A stretch of DNA of 64,000 nucleotides from assembly GCF_004353825.1 (NCBI RefSeq), contig NZ_SMNA01000002.1, positions 434,001 through 498,000 on the forward strand. The letters run 5' to 3'. This stretch comes from Occultella glacieicola. GTDB taxonomy: Bacteria > Actinomycetota > Actinomycetes > Actinomycetales > Beutenbergiaceae. Shown here in pieces: positions 28,586-38,100 of the stretch. A program made the position numbers and the translations under genes. Every line of letters begins with the position of its first letter. The first letter of the stretch is position 1. A model generated the notes under the pieces. That model ran no database searches. It worked only from the letters and a program-made list of their open reading frames with translations, and was not told the origin of the DNA.

Positions 28586-29536
28586 TCAGAGGGCGGCGAT
28601 CCGGTCGAGGAAGTAGGTCATGAACCCGTCCACGTCAACGGCCGTCGCCACGGACGCGTTGGCTGGTGGTGCGTCACGTCCGGTCAGCAGGTCCGTGACC
28701 GCGATGCCGCGGCCCACCTCATCGCCCGCCACCACCTCCACGTGGGCGGGGACCCAGGTGAGCAGCTCCGGCCGGGACACGGCCGCCACCGCGAGCGGGT
28801 CGTGCATCGCGCAGGCACGGCCGGCCTCCGGGTCACCCGGGCGGTCACGACCGAGCCGGTCGAGCCACGCGATCGTGCACTCGCCGGCGAACTCACCGAA
28901 CGGTCGGCCACCCGCCGCCATCGTGGCCGCGTGGTCACGGGTCAGCATCACCTGAGTCGTGACGTCGAGTCCGACCAGCCGAAGCGGCGCGCCGCTGCGC
29001 ATCACCGCGCCGGCCGCGAACGCGTCGACCCACCAGTTGAACTCGCCGGGCATCCGGCGCGCGTTCGTCTGGCCGAGGTGGACCCCGCCCATCACGACGA
29101 TCTCCTTGACGGCGGCGGCGACCGCCGGGTCGAGCGCGATCGCGGCGGCCACGTTGGTCAGCGGCCCGATGGCCACGAGGGTGATCTCGCCGGGTGCCTC
29201 GAGTACCCGGCGGGCGATCTCCGCGGCCGCGAAGCCGGGGGTCACCCGGTGGTGCCCATACCGGGTGCGGATCTCCTCCGGGGCAGTTCGCGCCCGGTCG
29301 GGCTCCACGATCGGTGCGGCGGCCCCGCGGACCACCGGGATGTCCGGACGGCCGAGCCGTTGGAGGAGCTCGATGCTGAGATACGTGCCCGACTCCACGT
29401 CGATGTTGCCGTTGACGGTCGTCACCAGCTCGACGTCGAACGTGTCGTCGGCGAGCAGGAGGGCGAGGGCGAAGCCGTCGTCGATCTCAGAACCGGGGGC
29501 GCCCATCGACAGGTCGGTGTCCAGGATGATCCGCAC
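28586..29536 (-). CDS. Nucleoside hydrolase (IU-NH family)
   Basis: IILDTD...EIDDGFA, GPLTNVA, MGG, EFNWWVD, GLDVT and MHDPLA. Confidence 0.9.
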   Translation of the reverse strand: MRIILDTDLSMGAPGSEIDDGFALALLLADDTFDVELVTTVNGNIDVESGTYLSIELLQRLGRPDIPVVRGAAAPIVEPDRARTAPEEIRTRYGHHRVTPGFAAAEIARRVLEAPGEITLVAIGPLTNVAAAIALDPAVAAAVKEIVVMGGVHLGQTNARRMPGEFNWWVDAFAAGAVMRSGAPLRLVGLDVTTQVMLTRDHAATMAAGGRPFGEFAGECTIAWLDRLGRDRPGDPEAGRACAMHDPLAVAAVSRPELLTWVPAHVEVVAGDEVGRGIAVTDLLTGRDAPPANASVATAVDVDGFMTYFLDRIAAL

Positions 29537-29618
29537 GACAACTCCTCTGTTCGACCCATGGTGGGCATCGCTCGACGGGCGCGATCACGTTGATCCTCCC
29601 GGTACCCGCTCCGGCGCC

Positions 29619-30728
29619 TCAAGTCAGGTCGCCCCGCCCGGACTCCTTGAGGAGACCGACGATGTCCTTGACCCGTTGTGCGTGCTCCCGGGTGGTCACC
29701 AGGAGCGCGTCGGGGGTGTCCACTACCACGGCCCCGTCGATGCCGAGCAGCACCACGGTTCGACCCGCCCCGGGCACCACGATCGACCCGGGCGCGTCCC
29801 GCACCACCACCTCCGCGGCGGACCCGAGCACGCCGTCGGCACCGGTCGGCAGCAGGTCCGCCAGCGATGCCCAGTCGCCGACGTCGTCCCAGCCGAAGTC
29901 CCCCGGCACCACCGCGACCCCGCCGGCCGCCGCGACCGGCTCCGCGATCGCATGGTCGATCGCGATCCGGGTGAGCGCGGGCCAGTGCCGCGCGAGCGTC
30001 TCGTCCCGACGGTCGGAGTCCCAGTCCGCGGCGATCCGGGTGAGCCCGTCGGCGAGGGTCGGCTGCAGCCGGCGCAGGTGCTCGAGGAGCACAGTTGCCC
30101 GGACCACGAACATGCCGGCGTTCCACCGGTAGGACCCGGTGGCCAGGTACCGGGCGGCGGTGGCCGCGTCGGGCTTCTCCGCGAAGGCGACCACGTGCCG
30201 GGCGCCGTCGGCCTCACCGGCCGCACCTGCGCCGTCGAGCGGTTCGCCGACCTCGATGTAGCCGAATGCCGTGGACGGGTGGTCGGCCGTGATGCCGATC
30301 GTGACCACGAAATCCTCGCGAGCGGCGGCGACGGCGGCACGCACCGCCCGGTCGAACGATTCCTTGCCGTCTATCACGTGGTCCGCGGCGAACGAGCCGA
30401 GCACCACATCCTCGTCCGGGTGGCGCCGGAGCAGCACGGCCGCGGCGAGCCCGATCGCGGCCATGGAGTCACGCGGACCGGGCTCGAGCAGCACGTCCGC
30501 GGCGGGTAGGCCCGGCAGTTGAGCGCGGATCGCGTCGGCGTGCCCGGCGCCGGTGACCACCAGCGTGCCGTCCACCAGCGGGGCGAGCCGGTCCGCGGTC
30601 GCCTGGATCAGGGTGCGTCCGGTGCCGGTGAGGTCGTGCAGGAACTTCGGGTGCCCGGCTCGGGACAGCGGCCACAGCCTGGTCCCGGCGCCACCGGCCG
30701 GGATGACCGCGTAGAACGTCTCCATCAC
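29619..30728 (-). CDS. Mannose-1-phosphate guanylyltransferase
   Basis: PAGGAGTRLWPLSR...PKF, EP..RDS, ADH, FGYI, FAEKP, WNAGMF and WDDVGDW. Confidence 0.92.
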   Translation of the reverse strand: MMETFYAVIPAGGAGTRLWPLSRAGHPKFLHDLTGTGRTLIQATADRLAPLVDGTLVVTGAGHADAIRAQLPGLPAADVLLEPGPRDSMAAIGLAAAVLLRRHPDEDVVLGSFAADHVIDGKESFDRAVRAAVAAAREDFVVTIGITADHPSTAFGYIEVGEPLDGAGAAGEADGARHVVAFAEKPDAATAARYLATGSYRWNAGMFVVRATVLLEHLRRLQPTLADGLTRIAADWDSDRRDETLARHWPALTRIAIDHAIAEPVAAAGGVAVVPGDFGWDDVGDWASLADLLPTGADGVLGSAAEVVVRDAPGSIVVPGAGRTVVLLGIDGAVVVDTPDALLVTTREHAQRVKDIVGLLKESGRGDLT

Positions 30729-30779
30729 CCGGCCAGAGTAGTGGCGGGCCCCACCGGGGCGGTCTCCGGATTCGCAGTG

Positions 30780-31904
30780 TCAGTCCCGCTCGGCGTACTG
30801 TCGGCGACGCTCCTGCTCCACGCGATGGCTCTGGGACTCCTCCCGGACCGCCCGCCACTTGCGTCGGAGCCAACCGATCAGGCCGCCCCAGCGGTCGGGC
30901 TCCGGCAGGGGATCCTCGGGACGGATCTTGCCGGTGACCGGGTCGTGGTCCCACTCGAGAGTGGCGGGTTCGGAGACCGTGACGTAGTTCGGGTGCTCGT
31001 CGAGGTGGGTGATCATCTCCGCGGTGATCTCCGGGGCCGGAGGCGGGTTCGCGGTCCAGGCTGCCACCATCAGCGTCACCCGCACCACGAGGTTCACCCA
31101 GAGCAGCAGCGTGACGATCGCGGCGAACCCGGCGAGCAGGGGGTTGCCACTCACGCTGCCGACGACGCTGGTGCCCAGGAAGCGCAGCGCACCGGCTCCG
31201 ACCGCGGCCACGAGGGCGCCGACCCAGAGGTCCTTGTTCGGTGGGTGCACTCCGGCGAGCACCCGGTACAGCATCACGAACACGAGCAGGTCCATGCCCA
31301 GCACCACAAGGAACCCGGCGATCCGCAGCGCCCAGCTGCCGGCGGCGCTGCTCTCGGCGCCGACCAGGCCGAGCAGGAACTCCCCGGCCGCGCCCACCGC
31401 GATGCCGAGCGCCGAGGTGAGCAGCACGGCGATGGCGAGCCCGAAATAGCCGCCGAGGTCGCGCAGCTTGCTGACCACGACGTTTTCCTTGGGCGCGACG
31501 ATGCCGAACATGGCCCGGATCGCGGTGCGCAGGGCGGCCATCACGGTCGTGGCCGCGTTGACGAGGACGACGACGGCGATGACACCCACGATGCCGGTCC
31601 CGGTGTTCAGCTCGAGGTCGTCGGGTTTGACCAGGCCACCGTCGCCGGTATCGACGAGCCCGGGGACCGCGTCGTTCAGCGAGTCCAGGACGGCGTCGCG
31701 CAGTTCGGTGTTCGAGCCGAGCACCGCCATGAAGATGGTGTACCCGATGGTCAGCCCGGCGAAGATCGAGAACAGTGCCGAGTAGGCGATCCCCCCGGAG
31801 AGCAGCGCTCCGTTGGCAGCGCCGTAGCGCGCGAGCGCCCGAGCCACCCTGGTCTGCTTCCACCACTCGAGGATCGCCTTCAGGCGGGACGTGATGGCTG
31901 CCAT
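30780..31904 (-). CDS. YihY/BrkB family membrane protein
   Basis: G.LLSGGIAYSALFSIF and about 6 TM segments. Start MAAITS inferred. Confidence 0.82.
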   Translation of the reverse strand: MAAITSRLKAILEWWKQTRVARALARYGAANGALLSGGIAYSALFSIFAGLTIGYTIFMAVLGSNTELRDAVLDSLNDAVPGLVDTGDGGLVKPDDLELNTGTGIVGVIAVVVLVNAATTVMAALRTAIRAMFGIVAPKENVVVSKLRDLGGYFGLAIAVLLTSALGIAVGAAGEFLLGLVGAESSAAGSWALRIAGFLVVLGMDLLVFVMLYRVLAGVHPPNKDLWVGALVAAVGAGALRFLGTSVVGSVSGNPLLAGFAAIVTLLLWVNLVVRVTLMVAAWTANPPPAPEITAEMITHLDEHPNYVTVSEPATLEWDHDPVTGKIRPEDPLPEPDRWGGLIGWLRRKWRAVREESQSHRVEQERRRQYAERD

Positions 31905-31977
31905 GCCGGCCAGTTTTCCGGTTCCTCGTTCCCCTCGCACGTCGACGGCGGCGACGGCACCCGAGCGCCGGAGGGTT

Positions 31978-32517
31978 TCAGGAGGTCAACACGAAGTTGC
32001 TGACGGTGCGCCAGACGCCGTCGTCGCCGTACTCGTAGAGGGAGAAGTGCGCCACCGGGAACAGCGCGTCGAACGACTCCATCGCGGCGCTCGCGGCGTC
32101 CAGGCCGGCTTCGTCGATCTCGTGCGCGATGGTCACGTGCGGGTGGTAGGGGAACCGCAGCTCCTGACGCAGCGGCCCGGCGTTGATCGCGCGCTGCAGC
32201 CGTTCGCACGCCTGCGTGCCGGTAGCGAGGCGCACGAACACCACGGGTGAGATCGGGCGGAAGGAGTCCGTGCCGCCGAGCTCGACGACGAACGGTGGGT
32301 GGTCGGCGGCCACGGACCGTAGGTGATCGGTCACCTCGCCGAGGTCGTCCGGCTCGACGACCCTGGGCGGCATCAGGGTGATGTGCGGCGGCACCGAGTG
32401 CGCCAACGGGTCGCCGGCCTCGATCCTGGCCCGGGTCAGGCTCGCGCTGTAGGGCTCCGGGATCGGGATGGAGACCCCGATGCGAACCTGCTCCCCCATG
32501 CGCTCCGGAGCGCTCAT
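31978..32517 (-). CDS. 2H phosphoesterase (2'-5' RNA ligase family)
   Basis: Two HxT motifs (PPHITL, HPHVTI) and FRPISPVVF. Confidence 0.88.
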   Translation of the reverse strand: MSAPERMGEQVRIGVSIPIPEPYSASLTRARIEAGDPLAHSVPPHITLMPPRVVEPDDLGEVTDHLRSVAADHPPFVVELGGTDSFRPISPVVFVRLATGTQACERLQRAINAGPLRQELRFPYHPHVTIAHEIDEAGLDAASAAMESFDALFPVAHFSLYEYGDDGVWRTVSNFVLTS

Positions 32518-32683
32518 CGGCCGCTCGAGCACTGTCCGCTGGGATCCATCCTCCTAGTGTGCCGCACCCTCGACGGTGGCCGGTCCCGGCCGGACATGCG
32601 GCAGGATGGACGCGGCACCGGCCCCGCCGCCGGCCGGCACCTACGCTCCGAGCCCGATCTCACCCGACCCGAGGAATCCCGCG

Positions 32684-33892
32684 ATGATCGACCCCTGGAC
32701 CCTGACCGACGGCGCCGCGACGGCTCGCGCCGAGTTCACCGAGACCTTCGGCGGTGAGCCCGACGGCGTCTGGTCCGCCCCCGGACGGGTGAACCTGATC
32801 GGGGAGCACACCGACTACAACGGCGGCCTGTGCCTTCCGATCGCGCTGCCGCACCGCACATTCGTGGCGCTGCGCGCCCGGGGCGACGGCGGACTCGGCC
32901 TGGTCTCCGGCCGCGAGTCGGGCGTGTGGTCGGGTGAGCTGGCCGCGGTCGGCCCAGGCGCCGTGGAGGGCTGGCCCGCCTACCCGGCCGGGGTGGCCTG
33001 GGCCCTGGCCCAGGAAGGGGTCCCGGTACCCGGGTTCGACGCGGCCGTCGCCTCGTGCGTCCCGTACGGGGCCGGGTTGTCCTCGTCCGCGGCGCTGGAG
33101 TCCGCGTTCGCGGTCGCGATCGCCGACGGCGTGGGCGCGGCCTGGCCGGGTCCGGACCCGTCCGGTCCCGACCAGGACGCCGGCCGGGCGATGTTGGCCA
33201 GGGCGTGCGTGCGCGCCGAGAACGAGGTGGCCGGGGCGCCGACCGGAGGCATGGACCAGGCGGCGTCGCTGCGGTGCGCGGACGGGCACGCCCTGCTCCT
33301 GGACTGCCGCGACGGCTCCACGCGTCAGGTGCCGTTCGACCTCGCGGCGGCGGACCTGGAACTGCTGGTCATCGACACCCGGGCCGAGCACGCACTGGTG
33401 GACGGCCAGTACGCTCAGCGCCGGGCCACCTGTGAGGCGGCGGCCGAGGCCCTTGAGGTCCCGACGCTTCGCGAGATCGACCCGGCCGGACTGGTGGCCG
33501 CGCTGGCCGCATTGACCGATGACGTCAGCCGCCGCCGGGTCCGGCACGTGGTCTCCGAGATCGCCCGGGTCACCGACTTCGTGGCGTTGCTCGACGCCGG
33601 CCGGATCCGGGACGTCGGTCCCCTCATGGACGCCTCCCACGAGTCCCTGCGCGTCGACTACGAGGTGTCCTGCGCCGAGTTGGACGTGGCTGTCGAGGCG
33701 GCGCGCGCGGCGGGTGCCCTCGGGGCCCGAATGACCGGCGGCGGGTTCGGCGGCTCCGCGATCGCCCTGATCGAGGCGGGCTCGGCGCAGTCCGTGGCTG
33801 ACGCCGTCACGGCCGCATTCGCGAGCGCCGGGTTCACGGCGCCGGAGTTCCTGATCGCGACGCCGTCCGGCCCCGCCGACCGCGTCGCCTGA
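32684..33892 (+). CDS. galK: Galactokinase
   Basis: APGRVNLIGEHTDYN, PYGAGLSSSAA, GGMDQ, SLRVDYEVS and GARMTGGGFGG. GAGGA RBS before ATG 32684. Confidence 0.95.
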   Translation: MIDPWTLTDGAATARAEFTETFGGEPDGVWSAPGRVNLIGEHTDYNGGLCLPIALPHRTFVALRARGDGGLGLVSGRESGVWSGELAAVGPGAVEGWPAYPAGVAWALAQEGVPVPGFDAAVASCVPYGAGLSSSAALESAFAVAIADGVGAAWPGPDPSGPDQDAGRAMLARACVRAENEVAGAPTGGMDQAASLRCADGHALLLDCRDGSTRQVPFDLAAADLELLVIDTRAEHALVDGQYAQRRATCEAAAEALEVPTLREIDPAGLVAALAALTDDVSRRRVRHVVSEIARVTDFVALLDAGRIRDVGPLMDASHESLRVDYEVSCAELDVAVEAARAAGALGARMTGGGFGGSAIALIEAGSAQSVADAVTAAFASAGFTAPEFLIATPSGPADRVA

Positions 33893-33974
33893 CCGGGGAG
33901 CGCCGGCGGTGTGAGGTTGGGCACCCCCGCTCCCGCGGGAACATCCACCTAGCGCAATGCGTTATGTCAGAACC

Positions 33975-34409
33975 ATGCGAATGAAGAAGTATGAAGTCCT
34001 CGACCACGATGACGGCCGGTCCGTGCGCTATCGCCGTCACGACAATGGTGGTGGCCTGGTCGCGACCGGCGCCACCGTCGACGAGCGCGCCTACCTCGCG
34101 CAGAGCGTGTGGGTCGACCCGGGTGCCGTGATCGCATCCGGCGCGCACGTGAGTTCCGGCGGCTGGATCGAACCCGGGGCCAGGATCGACACCGGTGCGC
34201 GGATCGCCTCCAACGTCCGGATCGGCGCGGGCGCCCACGTCGGCGACCACGCCCGGATCGGCAGCCGGAGCCGGATCGGCGCACAGGCCACGGTGGCGCC
34301 GGGCGTCATCCTGCCGCCCGACACCGACCTGCCCGACGGACAGGTCGCGGACGGCCGCGCCAGCGCCCCGGCAGGCCCCGGATCGCCGCGGTACGGCACG
34401 GCCGCCTGA
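33975..34409 (+). CDS. Left-handed beta-helix (hexapeptide repeat) protein
   Basis: Repeats of the [IV]-x-x-x-A-x type (IEPGAR IDTGAR IASNVR IGAGAH VGDHAR IGSRSR IGAQAT). Confidence 0.78.
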   Translation: MRMKKYEVLDHDDGRSVRYRRHDNGGGLVATGATVDERAYLAQSVWVDPGAVIASGAHVSSGGWIEPGARIDTGARIASNVRIGAGAHVGDHARIGSRSRIGAQATVAPGVILPPDTDLPDGQVADGRASAPAGPGSPRYGTAA

Positions 34410-34433
34410 GGGGTCGGCCGCTAGGCTGGGGGC

Positions 34434-36002
34434 ATGCATCTCGGCGTCGATCTCGGGACCACTCGGACGATCGTCGCCGCCACCGACCGGGGCAACTACC
34501 CGGTGGTGAGTTTCCTCGACGGCGACGGTGACGCCCACGATCACTTCCCGTCCGTGGTGGCAGACGACGCAGGTGACCTCGTCTACGGCTTCGACGCCGT
34601 CGCCGCCGGACATACCGGGGCGGCCATGCTCCGCTCCTTCAAGCGCATCCTCGCCGCTCCGGACGTGACCGGGGCGACCCCCGTTGCCATCGGGTCGCGT
34701 ACCGAGCCGATCCTGGACGTGCTGACCGGATTCCTGACCGCCCTGCGCGGTGCACTGTACGAGCGCTCGAACCTGCCCAGGAGCGCCCGCAACGCCCGCG
34801 CCCGCGAGGGCTCCCGGACCGTGGTCGGGGTGCCCGCTCACGCGCACGGCGCCCAGCGCTACCTCACCCTGGAGGCCTTCCGCCGCGCCGGTTTCACGGT
34901 GACCGCGATGGTCAACGAACCGTCCGCGGCCGGCTTCGAGTACACCCACCGCCGCGGCACCACCGTGAGTTCGCGGCGCACCCGGGTGGTCGTCTACGAC
35001 CTCGGCGGCGGCACGTTCGACGCCTCCCTCGTGGACGTGCGGGACACCGACCACGACGTCCTCGCCACCGCCGGTCTGAACCGACTCGGCGGCGACGACT
35101 TCGACGAGGTCCTGGTGGACTGCGCGCTCGCCGCGGCCGGTGCCTCCGACACGCAGGACCCCGCACTCCTGGAGAACCTGCGGGATCAGGCCCGCGAAGC
35201 CAAGGAACGACTCACCCCGCAGTCCCGGCGGATCGCGCTCGACGTCGGTGACACGGAGGTCACCGTCGGGGTCGACGCCTACTACGAGGCCGTCACGCCC
35301 CTCCTGCAGCGGACCATCGACGCGATGCGCCCGCTCCTCGCCACCCTCCCCGACGAATCCGGCGAGCCCGCCGAGTCGGACCAGGAGTCCGCCGAGGACC
35401 TGACCGAGATCGCCGGGATCTACCTGGTCGGCGGGGGCAGCGGCCTCCCGCTGGTGCCGCGACTGCTGCGCGAGCAGTACGGCCGTCGGGTGCATCGGTC
35501 CCCATTGCCGGCGGCCTCCACCGCGATCGGCCTGGCCATCGCCGCCGACCCGGACGCCGACTTCACCCTCACCGACCGCCTCTCGCGTGGTTTCGGGGTG
35601 TTCCGCGAGCGCGACGGCGGGGCCGGCCTGAGTTTCGACGCCATCCTGCGCCCCGACGCAACCCTGCCGGCCGACGCCGACGAGGACACCGTCATCGTCC
35701 GCAGGTACCGCGCGGCGCACAACGTGGGCCGGTTCCGGTATGTGGAGTGCACGGCCATCGATGACTCGGGGGAACCGCGCGGGAACATCGTCCCGTTCGC
35801 CCAGGTGACGTTCCCGTTCGATCCTGCCCTGCAGAGCCCGGACCGGGGCGCAGCCGCCACGGCCGCCGAGGTGCACCGCCGCGACGACGGCCCGCTCGTC
35901 GAGGAGCGGTACCTGATCGACCGGAACGGGATGATCGAGGTCCGGATCACCGACCTGGACTCCGGCTACAGCCAGACCCACGCGATCGGCGCGCGCGACT
36001 GA
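34434..36002 (+). CDS. Atypical Hsp70 family protein
   Basis: GVDLGTT, VNEPSAAG, YDLGGGTFDAS, LGGDDFD and YLVGGGS. Only 522 aa, with a divergent C-terminus. Confidence 0.85.
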   Translation: MHLGVDLGTTRTIVAATDRGNYPVVSFLDGDGDAHDHFPSVVADDAGDLVYGFDAVAAGHTGAAMLRSFKRILAAPDVTGATPVAIGSRTEPILDVLTGFLTALRGALYERSNLPRSARNARAREGSRTVVGVPAHAHGAQRYLTLEAFRRAGFTVTAMVNEPSAAGFEYTHRRGTTVSSRRTRVVVYDLGGGTFDASLVDVRDTDHDVLATAGLNRLGGDDFDEVLVDCALAAAGASDTQDPALLENLRDQAREAKERLTPQSRRIALDVGDTEVTVGVDAYYEAVTPLLQRTIDAMRPLLATLPDESGEPAESDQESAEDLTEIAGIYLVGGGSGLPLVPRLLREQYGRRVHRSPLPAASTAIGLAIAADPDADFTLTDRLSRGFGVFRERDGGAGLSFDAILRPDATLPADADEDTVIVRRYRAAHNVGRFRYVECTAIDDSGEPRGNIVPFAQVTFPFDPALQSPDRGAAATAAEVHRRDDGPLVEERYLIDRNGMIEVRITDLDSGYSQTHAIGARD

Positions 36003-36036
36003 GGCCGGCCCGCGGCCGGGCCACGCCGACGCCCGC

Positions 36037-36555
36037 TCAGTCCGGCCGCCGCCGACCCACGTCCTCGTGCAGCGCGAAGAACAGCGAGAGGGGTTCGCCC
36101 TCGGGATCCGGGGCCCGGTCGGCGTACTCGGCGAACAACTCGGTGAAGCGGCGCAGCATCTCGTCGCGGTCCGCCTCGTTGAGCCGCACCCCGAGCCGCA
36201 CGATCTCGGCCCGGGCGGGATCGGCAAGGGCGAACTCGTCGAGGAACGCCTGGATCAGGATCCGTCCCCGTCCCGGCCCCATCGGGGTGCGCCAGGACTT
36301 GCCGGTGGAGAGGTAGGGCACCTCCCGGGCGCCGCGGTTGCCCTGCCGCTCCGGCTGCGCAGCCAGGAAGCCGCGCTCGGCAAGGAGCCGCACATGGTGG
36401 TAGGTGGTCGCCGGGGCCATGCCGAGGCGCCCGGCGATCTCCTTGTTCGTCAGCGCCTCGTCCAGGCACAGTCGCAGGATCCGCATCCGCAGGGCCGAGC
36501 TCAGGGCACGGGCGTCGGCGTCCGCGGTGGTTCCGGGGATGGCCTCGTCGGTCAT
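36037..36555 (-). CDS. ArsR-like winged-helix transcriptional regulator
   Basis: ALSSALRMRILRL...TNKEIA..LG...ATTYHHVRLL...GF. Divergent from an MFS gene. Confidence 0.87.
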   Translation of the reverse strand: MTDEAIPGTTADADARALSSALRMRILRLCLDEALTNKEIAGRLGMAPATTYHHVRLLAERGFLAAQPERQGNRGAREVPYLSTGKSWRTPMGPGRGRILIQAFLDEFALADPARAEIVRLGVRLNEADRDEMLRRFTELFAEYADRAPDPEGEPLSLFFALHEDVGRRRPD

Positions 36556-36593
36556 GGGCCGATGCTACCGGCGGCCCACGCGACTCCGGAGAG

Positions 36594-36651
36594 AGTGATC
36601 GAGATTCCTCGATCACTAGTGATTGACACTTCCCAATCACTTGATCAGACT
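36594..36651 (+). promoter_or_regulatory. Two abutting 24-bp operators overlapping the MFS promoter
   Basis: AGTGATCG-N8-CGATCACT (36594-36617) and AGTGATTG-N8-CAATCACT (36618-36641). TTGACA 36623-36628, 17 nt, CAGACT 36646-36651, 6 nt, ATG. Confidence 0.8.
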
Positions 36652-36657
36652 GTACTC

Positions 36658-37992
36658 ATGACCGAGACCACCACCCCCGATCCGTCGGTGCCGTCGACCA
36701 CTCCGGCCGGGGACCTGCCACCGAGCAAGCCCCGCGCGCTCTGGCACCATCGCGACTTCCGGCACCTCTGGGCCGGCGACGCGTTCGGCCAGCTCGGTGC
36801 CCAGTTCACCGGCCTGGCCCTGCCCGTGCTCGCCGTCGGCGTCCTGCAGGCGACCGAGTGGCAGATGGGGGTCCTGTCCGCCGCGAACATGGCGGCGTTC
36901 CTGCTGATCGGCCTGCCGGCGGGCGCCTGGGTGGACCGGATGCGCAAACGGTCCGTGCTGATCACCGCCGACCTGGTCCGCGCCCTCATCCTCGCCGGGG
37001 TGGTCGTGGCCGCCCTGACCGGCACCGCGTCGATGCCGCTGCTCTACGTGGCCGGCCTGCTGCTCGGCAGCGCCACGGTCTTCTTCGACGTCGCCCACCA
37101 GTCCTACGTGCCCACCCTGGTCGGCATCGACCACGTCGTCGAGGGCAATGCCAAACTGCAGGCGACGGCGTCCGTGGCCCAGGTGGCGGGGCCGGCCGCC
37201 GCCGGGGTGCTGCTGCGGTTCGTCACCTCGGGAGCGCTCATCGCGTTCAACGCGGTGACCTATCTGCTCTCGGCCCTCTTCGTGGCCCGGATCGCGCACC
37301 GGGAGACGCTGCCGCCCCGGGAGGACCGCCGGCCGCTCGTCGTGGAGATCCGAGAGGGCCTGTCCTTCGTCGTGCGGCAGCCGCTGCTGCGCCGGATGGT
37401 CGCCTGCACCGCGCTCGGCAATCTCGCGTTCGGGATCCTCTCCGCACTCGAGGCCCTGTACATCCTGCGCGACCTGGACCTCGGTGAGGCGGCGCTCGGC
37501 ACGATCTTCTCCGCCGCCTCCGTCGGCGCCCTGCTCGGCGCCCTGGTCGGCCGCAAGGCAGCCGAGTGGATCGGTGAGGCACGACTGGTCCCGGTCAGCG
37601 CACTCGCGATGGGGCTCCCGATCGCGCTGGTCCCGCTCGCCTCGGTGCTGCCACTGCCGCCGATGGTCACGCTGATCGCGGGCCTCGGGCTCACCTTCAT
37701 GATGGTGGTCGTCTACAACATCGCGACGGTCAGTTTCCGTCAGCGACTGTGCCCACCACGGTTGCTCGGCCGGATGAACGCCTCCGTGCGCTTCATCGTC
37801 TGGGGCACGATGCCGTTCGGCGGCCTGCTCGGCGGCTGGCTGGGCAGCGCCTTCGGCGTGGTGCCGGCCCTGTGGATCGCGGCGATCGGCACTCTGCTGG
37901 CGGCGCTGCCCGTGGTGATCTCGCCGCTGTGGTCGATGACGACACTGCCCACGGCCGCCGACGCCGAGGCGGAGACCGAGCCGCCGGAATGA
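36658..37992 (+). CDS. MFS transporter (DHA3/MFS_3-like exporter)
   Basis: FRHLWAG, LPAGAWVDRMRKR, ADLVRA, EIREGLSF and RQ...P..LLGRMNA; about 12 TM segments. Confidence 0.9.
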   Translation: MTETTTPDPSVPSTTPAGDLPPSKPRALWHHRDFRHLWAGDAFGQLGAQFTGLALPVLAVGVLQATEWQMGVLSAANMAAFLLIGLPAGAWVDRMRKRSVLITADLVRALILAGVVVAALTGTASMPLLYVAGLLLGSATVFFDVAHQSYVPTLVGIDHVVEGNAKLQATASVAQVAGPAAAGVLLRFVTSGALIAFNAVTYLLSALFVARIAHRETLPPREDRRPLVVEIREGLSFVVRQPLLRRMVACTALGNLAFGILSALEALYILRDLDLGEAALGTIFSAASVGALLGALVGRKAAEWIGEARLVPVSALAMGLPIALVPLASVLPLPPMVTLIAGLGLTFMMVVVYNIATVSFRQRLCPPRLLGRMNASVRFIVWGTMPFGGLLGGWLGSAFGVVPALWIAAIGTLLAALPVVISPLWSMTTLPTAADAEAETEPPE

Positions 37993-38100
37993 CCCCACGA
38001 GCCGTCGCCGGCCCACTAGGCTGACCCGAGCACAGGGGGTGCGGACCGGCGTGGGAGCCGGTCCCGGGTCAGGTCCGAACGACTGCAGGGGGCTGTTGCC

